64,000 bases of DNA from Gnetum montanum (lineage: Eukaryota > Plantae > Gnetophyta). The stretch spans positions 639,068 to 703,067 of the forward strand of contig MNCI01003186.1 of assembly GCA_015680685.1 (NCBI GenBank), in the 5' to 3' direction. A program made the translations under genes and the position numbers. The notes below the pieces were generated by a model. That model did no database searches. It was not told where the DNA came from and saw only the letters and a program-made list of their open reading frames with translations. Of this stretch, positions 25,201 through 39,235 are shown piece by piece; position 1 is the stretch's first letter; each line of letters opens with the position of its first letter.

Positions 25201-28200
25201 CCATTGTATATATTGTTCATAATGCAAGGCTTTGTGTTCTATGTGGTGTGATGATTTTTTGTTGGGATTTTTGAGGATGCATTTTGAGGTTGTTTGTGCC
25301 ATCCCAAAGCCAAATGTTTGTTGTCTTGTTTTGAAAACTTCTTGTGCATGAGGAATGGTTTCCCTTGTTGCTGATCTTTTGCAAGGTGTGCTCCCTTGTG
25401 TAAGCTATTTGTGTTATCCTTGGATCTGTGGCATCACTCTTTTGATTGGTGACATTTCTTTGGGCATATTAATTTAAATACTTCTAATGTGGATCATCCT
25501 ATTGTTGGTTTGTTTGAGACCACACCTTTTATTTATGAGTCCTTCTTGTGGATGCATCATTCTTAATGTTGCTTGTTGTAGCAAGAATTAGTTTTATGGG
25601 GACTTATTATTGGCTAAAACTTGGTCTTCCAGCTCATTTTTGAGTTGAGATAATGATTCTCTATTGCCCATGCCTCTTATGATTGTGTTAAGATTTTGAT
25701 CCTAGTTGGAACCAATGTTAGTGGCTAGGATTTTTTGTTGTATATGAATCTTGGAATTCTGAGAGTGTCCTAGCCCTCTCTGGGTGTGCCTCATGATGAA
25801 TTCTTTTGTTCGAGTGTATCTAATGGACCCATTAATGTTTTGCATGATTAATCTCTATCTGTGTTGCTAAGGTCTTACTCTTTATGATGTTGCAAGAGTG
25901 ATATTACTCTATTATATGATCATGCTTAATGGGTGTATATGAGGCTAATGTGCTTATCATGTTCCTACTAACTTCTTTGTTTCTAAGCTTTTTTCTTAGT
26001 CTTTGTAGGTAGCACAAGTACAAAGATGCGACCAGTGATGACCTCAGTTAATTTTGTGAGCACTATGTCTATCGGAAAGATATGGGCTCTTGAGACCATC
26101 ATGAATTGATTATTTGGTCTTAGAATCCAAACATTGGGTTGTGGATTTATCAATACCTTGGTTGTACATCATGATTTGTTTGCCTCTCTGTGGTGGGTTA
26201 GCACTAACAGAGGATGGTGATTCGTCTTAAACCCTACAAACATTGGGTTAGTAGATCCCATGAAATCGTATCCTTGGCCATGTTAGATACTAATGGCTCA
26301 AGAGTGGCCAATGCCTTGAGGTCCCACTATAGTAGGTGGTGGATACTAAGTTGGTGTGTTCCATTATTTGATTGTTGCACTCATGTTCCAAATCATTTTC
26401 ATTCAATGGTAGTCGTGTAGTGAGCTCAATGTGATGGTTGATCATGTACATTTTGAGATAGTGGTGTATTGGATGTAGTATGAAAAATGATCATGTATGC
26501 TCCATGATGATTAGACAAGTTTTTCTCAAAACATCATGGTTCTTTCTTGGTATGCCCTTGGTGGCCTAAACCTTTTAGCTTATGATGGGCTTAGGTAGTT
26601 TTTCCTATAGCCTTCTAGGCCTAGGTAGCATTCCCAAATACCATGTATGTTCTCACTAAATGTATTCGTAACCTCAGGTGTGTGAATGGTAGCCTTGTGA
26701 TACTCTCAATTTTGATAGTTTATGCACATAAAAGTCCTAGATGTTATTACCCTATGTGGATCAATTGTCTCCTTGTTATAGGCCTATGCCACACCCTATG
26801 GCAAGGCCAAGCTTGATGTATGGTGTTTTCCTTGTGCTCATTTTTAAAGTGCCTTCTCTATATGTTGTAAATGGACTTTGTGCCTTGACGTGTAATTCTC
26901 TACTAAAAACCTCATGGAAAATTATTTGGTCATAATATGATGTTGTAACAAGTAGGCCAGGGCATGTCCTTGCCCAAGGTGCTCTTAAATGGATGCCATG
27001 TATTCTTGGTGATATTGGCATGCCTTGATGATGTTTACATATGTATTCTTTGGTCATAATATGATGTTGAGACAAGACTGGTCTTGGGAGCACCTCCTCT
27101 TGGCTTCCTAGACTGGTAGAAATATTATCCACCATTGATCGATCATGGTATGTACCCTGAAATACAAAAAAATTGGTTCGATGTGCTTGATCTTGATAGT
27201 GGGTGATTCATGATGGCCATGTGAATTGCAATGCTAAATTAAAATTCAAATCAAGATGATGTTGTGATGTCTAGCTATGGAGTAGAGTTGAGTTCTAGGT
27301 ATCAACACCTAGAATCCCTCTTCCATGCCAGATGTGATTGTGTAGTAGTTTTGTAGACACTAGGATTGTGGTCCATCCTTGAATAAATGATGTTATAGTT
27401 ACAAAAATTGTGACTTCCCTTGGTGGCCTTGTTTGATGGGCTTGAATGTGCTCAAAACACTTGAGCCTATACTCTCATGATTATGGGCTTCTTCTGATTT
27501 GTGCAGGTTGGTGTGCTCTCATGACTAGTTGCTTATGATTTTTCTAAGGCCTATGATGTGCTCTCATGGCTTGGGACTTATTGGTGCTTGGTTGACTATG
27601 GTGTGATTCCGTGACTTGGAACTCATTGTGCCTAAAAGGTAATGGTGTCTTACCGAATCTCCCCATGTACTCTGCTCCTTATGTACACTATTGTATCACA
27701 CCTTCTCTCCCAAATGTATTATCCCATGTCTTTAGTGTAAGGTTAATTCATGTTAGTGTCCTCACCTTTCTGGTGGGATAGTAGGGTTGAGCACTATATT
27801 ACTTAGTGATTCTCTAATCCTGTGAGGGATCATTCTCCATTTCAATGAATGCCCTCTTTAGTTCCTAAAATAATAAGGTAGGTGGTATTGAGACAGTTGT
27901 TCCCTATTTGGGATCTAAAAGTAGTTGATGTTTAGGATTTGTTCTTAGTAGTGGTTCCATGTTTGTGAACTCTTGGGGCTTATTTTCAAAGATAGAATGT
28001 TTTTACCCTAGTGAAATTCATGGAACCTTCTTTGTAAGGCCGTGCTATTGATGTAGCCTAAATATATATATCTTCCCTCTTGTAAGCAAGGCATGATCTT
28101 ATGTACTCTCTCTCATCTTTTGGAGGCTCCAGAGGGACTTCCTTGTTTGGGTTCTCTGGTAGACAACCCTTATTGTAAACACTTTTGGAATGAAACATGT

Positions 28201-29304
28201 ATTGTGTTGAGTTGTAGTTGATGTTGGAAAAGCCCATTCTTTGTAAAAATATCTTGAGCATTTAGTCCTCCTATGCGCAACATGTTCTTGTTGACTTTCA
28301 TTTTTTGTTTGTGCTAAATGGTAATAGGAAGTGGTGCAACCTTGTGTGCCACAATTGTTGTAAACGGACTTGATAGGGATGTATGAAACAAAAATCCAAA
28401 TCTCCCAGGATGAAATAGAAATCCCTCTAGATGCCAATGGCTACATGAATTTGAAAGAATGTAATAAAAAACCTTCTACACATAATCAACTTTACTAGCA
28501 TGCAAAAGAATTTCGGGCTTTAGCAAGTTAAGATCCACCTCAATCATAAATTGAATTTTACAAAAACCACTAGTTGTAGCTAGGATTTCAAAATTCTTGA
28601 TTGGCTCAATTTAAGAAATAATATCCCTTTCAAAAAATTTCAAAAAACAATGGAGGATTCGACAATTCAACAAAACAAGGAATCATTTGAAATATAGAAT
28701 ATGATAAATTAAAAGATAAAGTCCACTTTTAAATAATTAATAGATCACGTTGATGATTGAAAACATCAATATCAAGGACCTTAAAAACCACTGGCAAATC
28801 AACAAATTCTACCAACAGTAACAAGTTTAACAAATAACATGCATAGATAGCATCAAATCCTTGATCTTTCCAAACCATATTTAAATGACTCAAAGAACTT
28901 AAGAAACAAGATAAATAAACCTAGAATTTTCACAAAGGCATACCTTTTATACATTCCCTAAGTAATATATTCATATAAATCATTAGGAAACTTGTAGAAT
29001 GACAAAGATACAATGGATTTGCTTGAATAATCACCTACTAAATCTAGTAATAGATTCATTAGACAAATATTAGATTGAATAAAAAATCAAATTTACTTGA
29101 TTTAACCACCTGAATCACCTATTGTTGGCTACATTTACATTACTTTCAACATCTGTGCTTGAACTCAAAATAGTAAAAGGATTTAATATAATTATAGAAA
29201 ATTGTTGGATGTTGAATCCAAAAAATGAATAATAATATTTTAAAAATCCAGAGTACATAAAATCAATAAAACGAGAGTCCAAAGAAAAAGCCTAATAACA
29301 ATGA

Positions 29305-29380
29305 GGTGTTAGCCTAGTGGTATGAGTCTTGACCTAGTAACCCTAGGTCATAGATTTGATTATACTAGATAACACTAAGT
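29305..29380 (+). mobile_element. Possible tRNA-derived SINE head (degenerate)
   Basis: A-box-like TAGCCTAGTGG, hairpin TGACCTAG-TAACC-CTAGGTCA and weak B-box-like GATTTGATT. Confidence 0.3.
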
Positions 29381-30273
29381 TATAAACTTTTATATATCTT
29401 GGGGTGTACATATGTTTCAATTATTTTTTGTATGAACATCCCTTCTAAAGAAAAAGTCTAATAGTTTTGGGGAGTTCTTTTTAGGATTTCATCTTTACAA
29501 CCAATTTTTTAAAAAAACATCTCTTTTAAGGGAGGAAAAGGATTAGGCATTACCTTTTTTTAAAAGCACCTTCATAGGTTTTAACTTCTTGGTAAGGGGT
29601 TCTTTAAACATAAAAGAACATATCAATAAAAAATAATGAATAAATAGATATAGAAGTTCAATGCTTCCCATCATTAAGTCTCTAAAATAAAATAAAATAA
29701 TACATTAGAAAATAAAGTAATTATTTAGCTTTCACTTGGAGCCTATTTTCTTGAAGTTATAACTAAAAAGTGACATCTTTAAGAATCTAATATTTTACTC
29801 TTGAAGAGAGATCATAGTTATGCTCTTGCTACTCTAAAATTACTACACACTAAAGCTAGCAAATACCGTAGAGAATAAGTGATTGAAGACATTTCTAAAT
29901 GCAAAGAAATAAAGTAGACAAAGTAGGTCAATTACCAAGAATGATTTCATTAATACTTAGTTTAAAGTTTTTACAAATTTTGAATGTCCATTTCCAAAAT
30001 GATGAGTTGCATATGGTTGTGTTAATGAGGCCACATCAACTAGGTCCAATTGATGCAAGATTTGTTCTTGCCTATAAATACACACTCACCAACTACATTG
30101 AAGGGAATATATTGATAGTAGTAGTAGAGCTCTTGTAGTTTTTCCATTTAAAAGTTAGAATATTTTCCTGAGTACCTGTACTAGAAGTCATTGAGTGTAT
30201 AGATCTTTATTCGAGCATTATTATACATAAGCATGACAATGTGTATAGAAATAAAGATGAGCTTCTTGATAAC

Positions 30274-31098
30274 TGATGAGCAGCAAGGTATCCCTACGCT
30301 CAACCATATGAATACAAGCAACACACACGATCCGATTGAATTCCAAAGAGTAAGTGCTTATGTGCGTTCATGGAACAAGGATGGGTTGGTTAATCATTAT
30401 CTTCCCAAGCTTACTTGTATGTCATGATTGTATGGTTAAGTAAACTTGAGGCATATGATTTTTATTCTTTTTATGTGTTTTTATGTCCTACTGCTAATAA
30501 GGGAGGAGAGGGATAACTAAAAAACTAATTTAATTTAACTACTCATTAACTAGGCTCTAACTGATCCTAACACCAATATCCGTTCTCACTTGCCATACAC
30601 ATCCTGAACTAGTGCAACACTACTAGGATTACCAAACACTAATCATTACTGGGTTACCAAGTGTTACATGCATGCTCGAAGTGATCGTACTTTGTGTGCT
30701 TACTTGGGAGAGTTGTAGGGTGAGAGAGGATCATTAATTAACTAAATAAAGCATTAAGTAATAGTTGTTAACATTAATTAATCTATTTTAAATGCTGCAA
30801 GGTTTATCAAAAAGTTTGCCTTTATTACCATACACAAGGTGTGCTTAGGTATACAATGCTCGAATAAAGATCCATTCACTTTATGACTCCTACTATAGGC
30901 ACGTAGAAATAATTCTAACTCTGGGAGGGAGAAAAGGCAAGAATTTGGGTAAGGGACTAGAATTAACTATGCAAGCCAAGTGCACCTACCTCTTATTTAT
31001 AGACAATGAGGTAGGACGTGATATCGGATATTCGACATCACATGGAAAGCTCCGATATTGCAGACCTGATATTGCAGATGTCATATCATGGTTGATCA
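30274..31098 (-). repeat. Element C 3' LTR (825 bp)
   Basis: Follows the PPT on the - strand; matches 38388-38672 and the A LTR. Confidence 0.9.
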
Positions 31099-33039
31099 TA
31101 CCCCCATGACTAAATGAAAACTCATCCTCGAGTTCCTTAGAAAATATCGAGAATGTATGGGATTATTAACTAAATGACAACTAGCAGTGAAATGGGATGG
31201 TAGACTCTAAGTGCCTGATGAACAGATCGACAATACATTACAACATTGGTGTTCATACCCATGATGGAAAACACTATACATAAGTGACATCCAGACCTTT
31301 ATTCGATAGCTTGAAGAGAAAGGAAGAGAGAAGGAGAAAAAGAATGAGATGCATTGCTGTTGATGCTAAGATTGCACATTCCGTTGTTTATCCATAACCA
31401 TGCAATCAAACTTGTTCTTGTCATAAATGCTCTAGCACTAGTCCATCCTAAGTGCTCCATCCTACCCTAGTTCATTATCCATGTAATCTTCATCTGCACA
31501 CACAACATAATTAAAAATGAGCAAGGATAAGTAAATCTCAATGCAGTTGATTCCTTGCCTTAATATAAAGCACATTGGTTGGGCTGTGGTTATGGTAGAA
31601 ACTAGGTTAGAGATTTATTACTGATAACTACCCAAGGTGTAGGGGTTAGGCAAGTAGTAGAATGGAGAAATTAAAAAATTTATGCTAGGACCCCCATGAC
31701 TAAGAGCAAACCTCCAATAGAAATAAGATGGAAAAATATAAGGAACAAGAAAGATGGGAAAAAAAACAACGATAATGCCAATAAAGTGGATGTCAAAGAT
31801 GGGGATGAAACAAGAAATGGTTGATTGTAGATAATTTTTAAGAGAAATAACTTAACAATTGCACCAAAAAGGAATGCCAGTGGGTCCTCCCCAAATCAGG
31901 CTCATGCCCTTTATGCCTTGACAAACCCACAAAACAAAGATCCCATAGGCGCTAGGAATGTCATTTGGAAGCAAGAGTTAAAAACTTACCCATAAAAATT
32001 TACCAAGAAAAAATAATGCATCAACCAAGATATGGACTAATCATAAAATAAAAAATGAGGTGGAACATGGAAAGAAAGATAGAGAGTAGAAATGGAATGG
32101 AATCCCAAGAGCAAGGTTGTGTAAAGTCCCTTGTGTCTATCATGGTCAATATGACTGAGTAGAACTCATTCCAAATCTAGACTCAAACCAACCACATTTA
32201 GTGACCTCACATCAATAAAATTCACCAATCCATCCTATTGAAGCAACAAGAATGGCTTCACAAAGAGTGACCACCATTCCAAGTAGAGCGAGATGGAGAA
32301 GTAGGAAGTGAGAAAGGGCCTTAGTTAGAGGGAACCTTCAGGCATGGGTAACATGTCTTTCCAGTGCCATAACTAGTGCTTGTAGCACATATTTCTTTAT
32401 TATGTCTAAGGGGTGCGTTTTGAATTATCACTTTTTTTGGATGAGAACCACATCATGCAAAGACTTATTCTTATTCACTTAGCTTCCTAACATTTGATCA
32501 ATGGTAGAATGGTAGAAAACCAAAGAAAAAGCATCCAAAGACCCAAGAGAATGATCGACACAAATGCATCGAATCCCCTTGAATTCACACCCTTGTCAAA
32601 CATTGAGTCCTTCCTTGGTTTGAAAAATACCAAGCCACTAATTTATTAAGAAGTTGATTAGAAAAAGGAACTGTACAGTTCCAAGCCAAAGGAGATCACA
32701 GAGTTAAATGGATGAATGGAAAATGTGGACTCATTGCTTGTTTTATCAAAAGAACCATATCATAATATCAACATAATAATTCAAAGGTAAAAACCAAACA
32801 TTCGCAAGAAATAGTATATAATTCAATCCACCATCAAGAGCACTTATTGTATGATGAAAGAAAGTAAATCAACCAAACAAATAAATAGTAAAAATGTGAA
32901 TGATGGTTTAAAAGAAAAATAAGAAAGATTGAAAAATGTGCAAAACAAAAATGTGTAAAATAAAAATAAAAAATACAAAAAATACAAAAAGAACTAAGGG
33001 CCTAGAATGGTGTGCATAGGTGGCCATCTCCCCCATGAC

Positions 33040-36000
33040 TGAGTTAGAAGGAGGAAATATGAAATAGCAAGCAAGGTTGTCCACCAATAGAGGTAGTATG
33101 AGTACTGGCTATCCTAGGCTCATGGAAAGGTTTGGTTTTTTAGACATTGACCAAAAGTTTCTTATTTGGGCTCTCAGGTTTGTATATCATCATGACCCCT
33201 AAAGGAAAATTTGCATGAATGACATAAGGTATTTCCCATAGCATTTGAAATTTGGTACGTTGTGACACATGTATGGGATTCTAGTAGAGAACCTTATCTC
33301 CGAATTGATATTTAACTTTCCTAATCCTTAGGTCATGACCTTGTTTATTGAAGGCCTTGTGCAATTTGTTAGACAATAGGATGGCCAATCAGTTCTGATC
33401 TAGTAGGTTTGGTGCTAGATCGAGGTCAAGGTTGAGGTCACATGCCATGGATAGTGTATGGAGCTTAGTTTGAATGGGAAGCATTGGTAATTTACCATAC
33501 ACTAACTCATAGGGAGAGTAGCCTATAGGAAGTTTCCATGTGAAGTGGTATTCCCAAAGAGCATCATTTAGTTTAGTGCTCTAGTCTCACCTAAACTTGC
33601 TAATGGCTCTTGTCAATATCTTTGTAATCTCCATGTTGGTAACTTTGGCTTGATCATTTTCTTGGGGGTGGTATGGTGTAGTCAGTTTGTGCTCAACCCC
33701 TAAGTGTTGCATTAATTTTCGGATAGTTGCACCTATGAAGTGTGTATCATTGTCTGAAATAAGTGCATGAGGCACACCAAACCTATTTATGATTTTTTGT
33801 TGAATAAATCCTGTAGCTCTAGATGATGTACAATCCTTAATAGCAGTTGATTCTACCAATTTTCTAAGGTAATCAATAGCAACAATAATCTACCCCATAA
33901 AATCAATTACCCAAATGTTGAAGGGTTCTAAATGTTGGATCCATTATTACGAATCCTCCATTCTAGCAGTCATCCCCCCATCATGTTGATAGCACTCACA
34001 AGCTTGGATAAAACAATGGGCATCCTGAAAAAATGTAGGCCAATAATATCTTGCAAGAAAGATCTTTATGCTTGTTCATCTCCTAGTGTAATGACCCCCA
34101 CAAGGACCCTCATGAACATCTTGGAGAACTCGTAGTTGATCTACATTAGGAACACACCATTGAACCAAGCCATCAAGACATACTTTATAGAGTTTCCCGT
34201 TGATTTTCATAAAATAATTGGCTTAGTGAAGAAATAGTTATTTCTTTTTAACATCAAACCCTTGTGGTGTTTGTTGTGTAAGAAGATAGGTGAGAATGCT
34301 ACTATACCAATTTGTCTCCATGGTTAATTGATTATTCACTACACCTGAAAAGAGGAGTTCATCTAGGAAATATCAAAAATTGGATACTCATCCTCTTTTT
34401 TGTCCCATCACAACTAAGATAAATGATCAACTACATTCTCAGTGCCTTTACGATCGATCATCATAAGATCGAACTCTTGTAAGATTACAAGCCATCGTAT
34501 GATGCAAGGGCTTACTGTTGGTTTATTCATTAGGAATCTTATTGCACTATGATCTGTGTGTACGAATATCTTATATCCCAAGACATAGTGCCAAAATTTT
34601 TCTAGTGCAAACACTACAACCATTAATTCTTTCTCTGTTGTAGTGTAGTTAAGTTGTGCACCAATGATACTTCTACTTGCATAGTGTATCTAATAAGGAT
34701 GTTTTTGGTCATCTAACTGTGTAAGTACAGCTCCTAAGGTAAATTTGGATGTGTCAGTCATTATGTGGAATGGCCTAGACTAGTCAAGAGCTTGTAGAAT
34801 AGGTGTTTCTACTAGCTTCTATTTTAAAGTTTGGAAAGCTAGTTCACATTCCCTGGTCCATTCAAAAGGTACGTCCTTTTTTGTTAATTCAACTAATGGT
34901 TTTGCAACCTTTGAAAAGTTCTCAATAAATCTTCTGTAGTAGCCAGTGTGTCCAAGGAATAACTAGATATCTTTTACAGTTTCTAGTTGATGGGTAATTT
35001 CTTGGATAACTTTGAACTTTTCGGGGTCTACCTTTATCCTTGTTTGTAAGAATTTATGCCCTAGTACAATGCCTTCTTGGACGATCAAATGGATTTTCTA
35101 CCAGTTGAACCTTAAATTGATTTCTACACATCATTTTAATACTTGCTTTAATTGGTCCAAGGCTTGATCAAAGTTTGCTCCATAGGTGGAGAAGTCATCC
35201 ATGAAGACCTCCACACCGTTTCCTATCTATTTCTAGAATATGCTTAGAACTAATCGTTGAAATGTTGCAGGGGCATTGCATAAGCCAAATGACATTTTTT
35301 TATATGAAAATGTTCCCCAAATACTAGTGAACATATTCTTGGCTTGGTCTTTTGGGGCTATTTGTATTTGGTTGTACCCACTACTGACTATACCCATCCA
35401 GAAAACTATAGTAGTGATGCCCTACAATGGTGTCTAAGACTTGGTCAATGAATGGCAATGGAAAGTGTTTCTTAAATGTTTCCATGTTTAGTAGCTTGAA
35501 ATCTATGCACACCCTCCATTTTCCTCTCTTTTTGAACATGATAACTAAGGGAGTAACCCATTCACTATCAGCAATGGGGTAGATGAACCCAACTTTTAAA
35601 AGCTATTCAATTTCTTCCTTAACTACTTTCTTTAGCTTTGGGTTCAGACACATCTACAATTATCTTCAAGGCTTCATGGAGGGATCAGTGTAAATTCTAT
35701 GTTGGCATATCCTAGGATCTATTCCAGTTAATTTGGAATATGACCAAGTGAAGGCTTTGGACCATTTTTTTATTACCTTTAGCAGTCTCTCTCTTTTCAG
35801 CAGAGCGAGCTTAGCATTAATAATTACTGATTTTCCATTTTTAAGAAACATGTATTACATACCAGTGGGCAATGGTTTTAGTTCAAGGGGCTCTTGCTTA
35901 AACTTATTAGGGATTTCCAACTTCCCCTAGTTGATATTTTCAAGGTTAAGACTTGGAAGTTGGCAATGGACTTACTCTAATTTGTCTATGCTATCAATGT

Positions 36001-38215
36001 AAGTGCAAGTCAAACCCTCAATTGGTTCCATGAATATAGTTGAACTACTCTCTTGATCAGCTATCAGCCACTAGGTGTCTTTCTATCTTATGGTTGTTGC
36101 ATATAGGCATCTTTGTATATCAGTCACTTGCACATATTGATTGCATGTAGGCAATGTTAAACATTGCACAAACTAGGACTTCTGCACACAATTACACCCT
36201 GATTCATTGTATGCGATGCATGGAACTTTTTTCTTCTTGATCTTTTCGAATGCATTTTCCTTTGAAATTTTTAGGAAAAAATCATGGATTCCTAGGCATG
36301 CATCAACTTTTCTTAGCCATGCTCTTCCCATTATGATTGGGAAGTCCCCCTTACCATTGTTTACTTAAATCACTAGGAAGTCAACTAGATACGACCATCC
36401 ACAAATAGTGGTGAGAATGTCCTTCACTAGTCCCAATGGGACAGTGATGGAATGGTTGGCCAACTCTAAATTAATGTTACTCTTTTTTTGCATAGGTAGG
36501 TTCTAGGCTTTGTATATTTCTTGAGAAATCAAGTTGACAACAGAACCTAAATCAAAAAGAGCCTTGCACAATTCATTTTCAGTAATTTGTAGATATATTG
36601 GAGGACTCCTAGGATCAGAGAATTTCCTAGCAAGATGGCCAACTTTTATCTAATCGGTGACGACATGAGTTAACATGACCATATGCATTGAGCATGGTTT
36701 TTGGGTTGAAAGGAGCTTCGAAGCTTCAAGTCATAGTGAGGTGGTTGAAGAATCAACCGCTTGTAGTTGCAGGGGCTTAGTTGGACTATTGGTTCTTAAG
36801 AAAGGTATTTTCTTCATGTAGTTGTCAGAACCAACATTAGGTTGAGGCTTAACAACCCTTGTGGCATTAGGTTGCTATTGTTGGGTAGGGATTTCACCCT
36901 GCATAGCTAGAGTATGTGGTAATAGAGTTAAGGGTGGAAGAGGTGCAACCAAATGAAAAGGATGGTATGTTTGTGAATCATCACCCCTAGGAGAAGGAGT
37001 TTCATAATACTCATGGGCTTGATAGTGAGCTTGAGGAGTGATGTAACCAGTAGAGTCACATGGAGAGACTAGCTACTACATGTAATATCCATATGAGTCG
37101 GGTTTCCGGTAAGGATACTATTGCCTTGGTGGTGGAATTCCCCATGATTATGGGTATTGCCACTATTGATACTACTCGACTGGTTGTGGTGGAGTTCCAC
37201 TTGGATAATATGTTAAGGGTTGGTGGAAGTGCCTTGGATTACATTGAGGATAAGGTAATCTTCATGGTGTTTGCCTTTTGTTTAATCATGGGTTAAGTGC
37301 ATACACCCCAAACTCCTACAGATGTGAGATTATAGGGCAACATCCCTTAGGATGGTCATATTAGCATATCTCACATCCACTATCATTGTTTGTATCTGAA
37401 TCTACAACTTTTTCGATGATGGAAACTTTGCCCTTACCCTTGTTATGTGCATGTTCAGTTTCCCTTTTTTTTTTCTTTTTTCGCAATCACTACCTTGCTC
37501 TCTAGAATCCTCTACAATTTTAAGAATGGTTTGAAATCTATCATCCAGGGAATCCACATTTGGTCTACCTTTGTCGATACTTCCGATGCTAATTTTTGGA
37601 TAGGCAAGGTTTTCTTATTCACCATCTCTTCGAGTGGTGACTCTTCTTCATCCTCATAGAATCTTTCTTCCCTCTTTTGGACTAGAGGATCTCTGTTATA
37701 TTCCTCTACACTCTCTCTTTTCCTTAGCTCACCTTCTTCTTTAGCAACTTTCTCTAATAATCTTTGAACTTGATGGATCCTAAGCTTAGATAGCCTCCCT
37801 TGGGCATATGTCCCAAGGGTTCTTCAAGTTTCATGCCTAAGCCCATCTATGAGATGGCATAGTTGATCCCTTTGTGAATAACCATGACTAGGAAAACGAT
37901 GTAACAATGCATAATATTCGCCCATGGTAGAACCCAAGGCTCCATGTCCTCCTTGTTTCTAGCCCTAAATTTTCTTTTATAGGTTGGACACTTAGGAGTA
38001 CATTTGGTACTTATTGTTGAACAACTCTAACATGGTAATCCACCTAGGAATAGATTTCAATTCTAAGGATCGGTACCAGCTCTCCGCTTCTTTGACTAGT
38101 GTCTATGGGAACAACTTAAATTTTTACCATTTTCTTTCTATGTTTTGTCAAGCACATGCATCATGAAATTCTTGTAGATGATTTTGAGGATCAACATTGT
38201 ATCTTCTTTAAATCC
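33040..38215 (-). pseudogene. Degenerate gag-pol of element C, including the integrase zinc finger and core
   Basis: Protease ALFDLG, RT FMDD (~35195), RNase H VVFALEKF...HTDHSAI, integrase RFGVPHALISDN...TPYHPQ. Confidence 0.9.
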
Positions 38216-38387
38216 TGAAAGAGAGGGTGAAGGAGATGATGAAGGTGAAGAAGAAGGGGGACCGTCACCATATCAGTGCCTACTTCCTTCTCTTCGATGG
38301 TCATAGCCTCAATCATGGTTATGATTGGAATGTCCATCTTTTTCATGTGCTTTGTGTCTGTCGGTACCGGAATCTAGGTTATGGATA

Positions 38388-38672
38388 GTTCATCTTTATT
38401 GTCGTACACAAGGTGTGCTCAGGTACACAATGTTCAAATAAAGATCCATTCACTTTATGACTCCTACTATAGGCACGCAAAAATAATTCTAACTCTAAGA
38501 GGGAGAAAAGGTAAGAGTTTGGGTAAGGAACTGAAATTAACTATGGAAGCCAAGTGAGCTTGCCTCTTATTTATAGGCAATGAGGCCAGATGCGATATCG
38601 GGTATCTGACATCACATGGAAAGCTCTAATATCATGGACATGATATCGCAGATGAGATATCACGGTTCATCA
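38388..38672 (-). repeat. Element C 5' LTR (truncated)
   Basis: Matches ~30813-31098. Confidence 0.85.
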
Positions 38673-39235
38673 ATAAACCTTGTAGCATTTTGGATAGTTT
38701 AGCTATTTTATTCATGCATTTAATGTTTTCAGTTATTTACTTAATGTTTTTCATTAATTAAGCTAATTAAGTGAGCTAAGTTAGATAGATTAAATACATA
38801 AGTATGATCACTTCGAGTGTAACATGTATTCACTTGGTAATCCTAGTAGAATTATTACTTGGTACACCCAGTAGCATAGTGCTTGGGTAATCTAGCAGTG
38901 AATATGTGGGCTTAAGACATGCATGAAAAGTGAGACCGAATGCTTATGCTAGGATTAGTTAGAGATCAGTTAGTTAGTTAAATCAAATTAATCATTAAAT
39001 TACATTTTCTCTCTCTTCAAGCTCCAAAGAACATAAAATATAAAATGATAAAAATCATATGCCTTGATTACACTTAACCACACCTTTATACTTCACAAGT
39101 GTAATTGGGAAGACAACAAACAACCTTCAAGATAGGGTTTACTTCCTAGAAGACTAGTGTATTAAAAACTATAGAGTCCACGGAATTCAACCAGATTGCA
39201 TGTGATCTCTCTGTGATTCATATGGTTGGGTGTAT

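Larger units (their letters stand above)
30274..38672 (-). mobile_element. Element C: Athila-like LTR retrotransposon, same family as A, with a deletion removing the PBS, part of the 5' LTR and the leader
   Basis: Colinear reverse-complement homology to A; TG...CA ends; TSD ATAAC/ATAAA. Confidence 0.9.
30000..39235 (+). repeat. LTR D (Athila A-family related), split by C into 30000-30273 and 38673-~39235; 3' end lost
   Basis: Starts TGATGAG and has CTATAAATA; both halves are similar to the A LTR (TTATTCGAGCA, GAAATAAAGATGA, GATCACTTCGAG, AAAATCATAT). Confidence 0.75.

Noticed and set aside
28440-29260. Possible LINE remnant in AT-rich sequence
   Set aside because: No convincing RT or endonuclease motif could be read in any frame.
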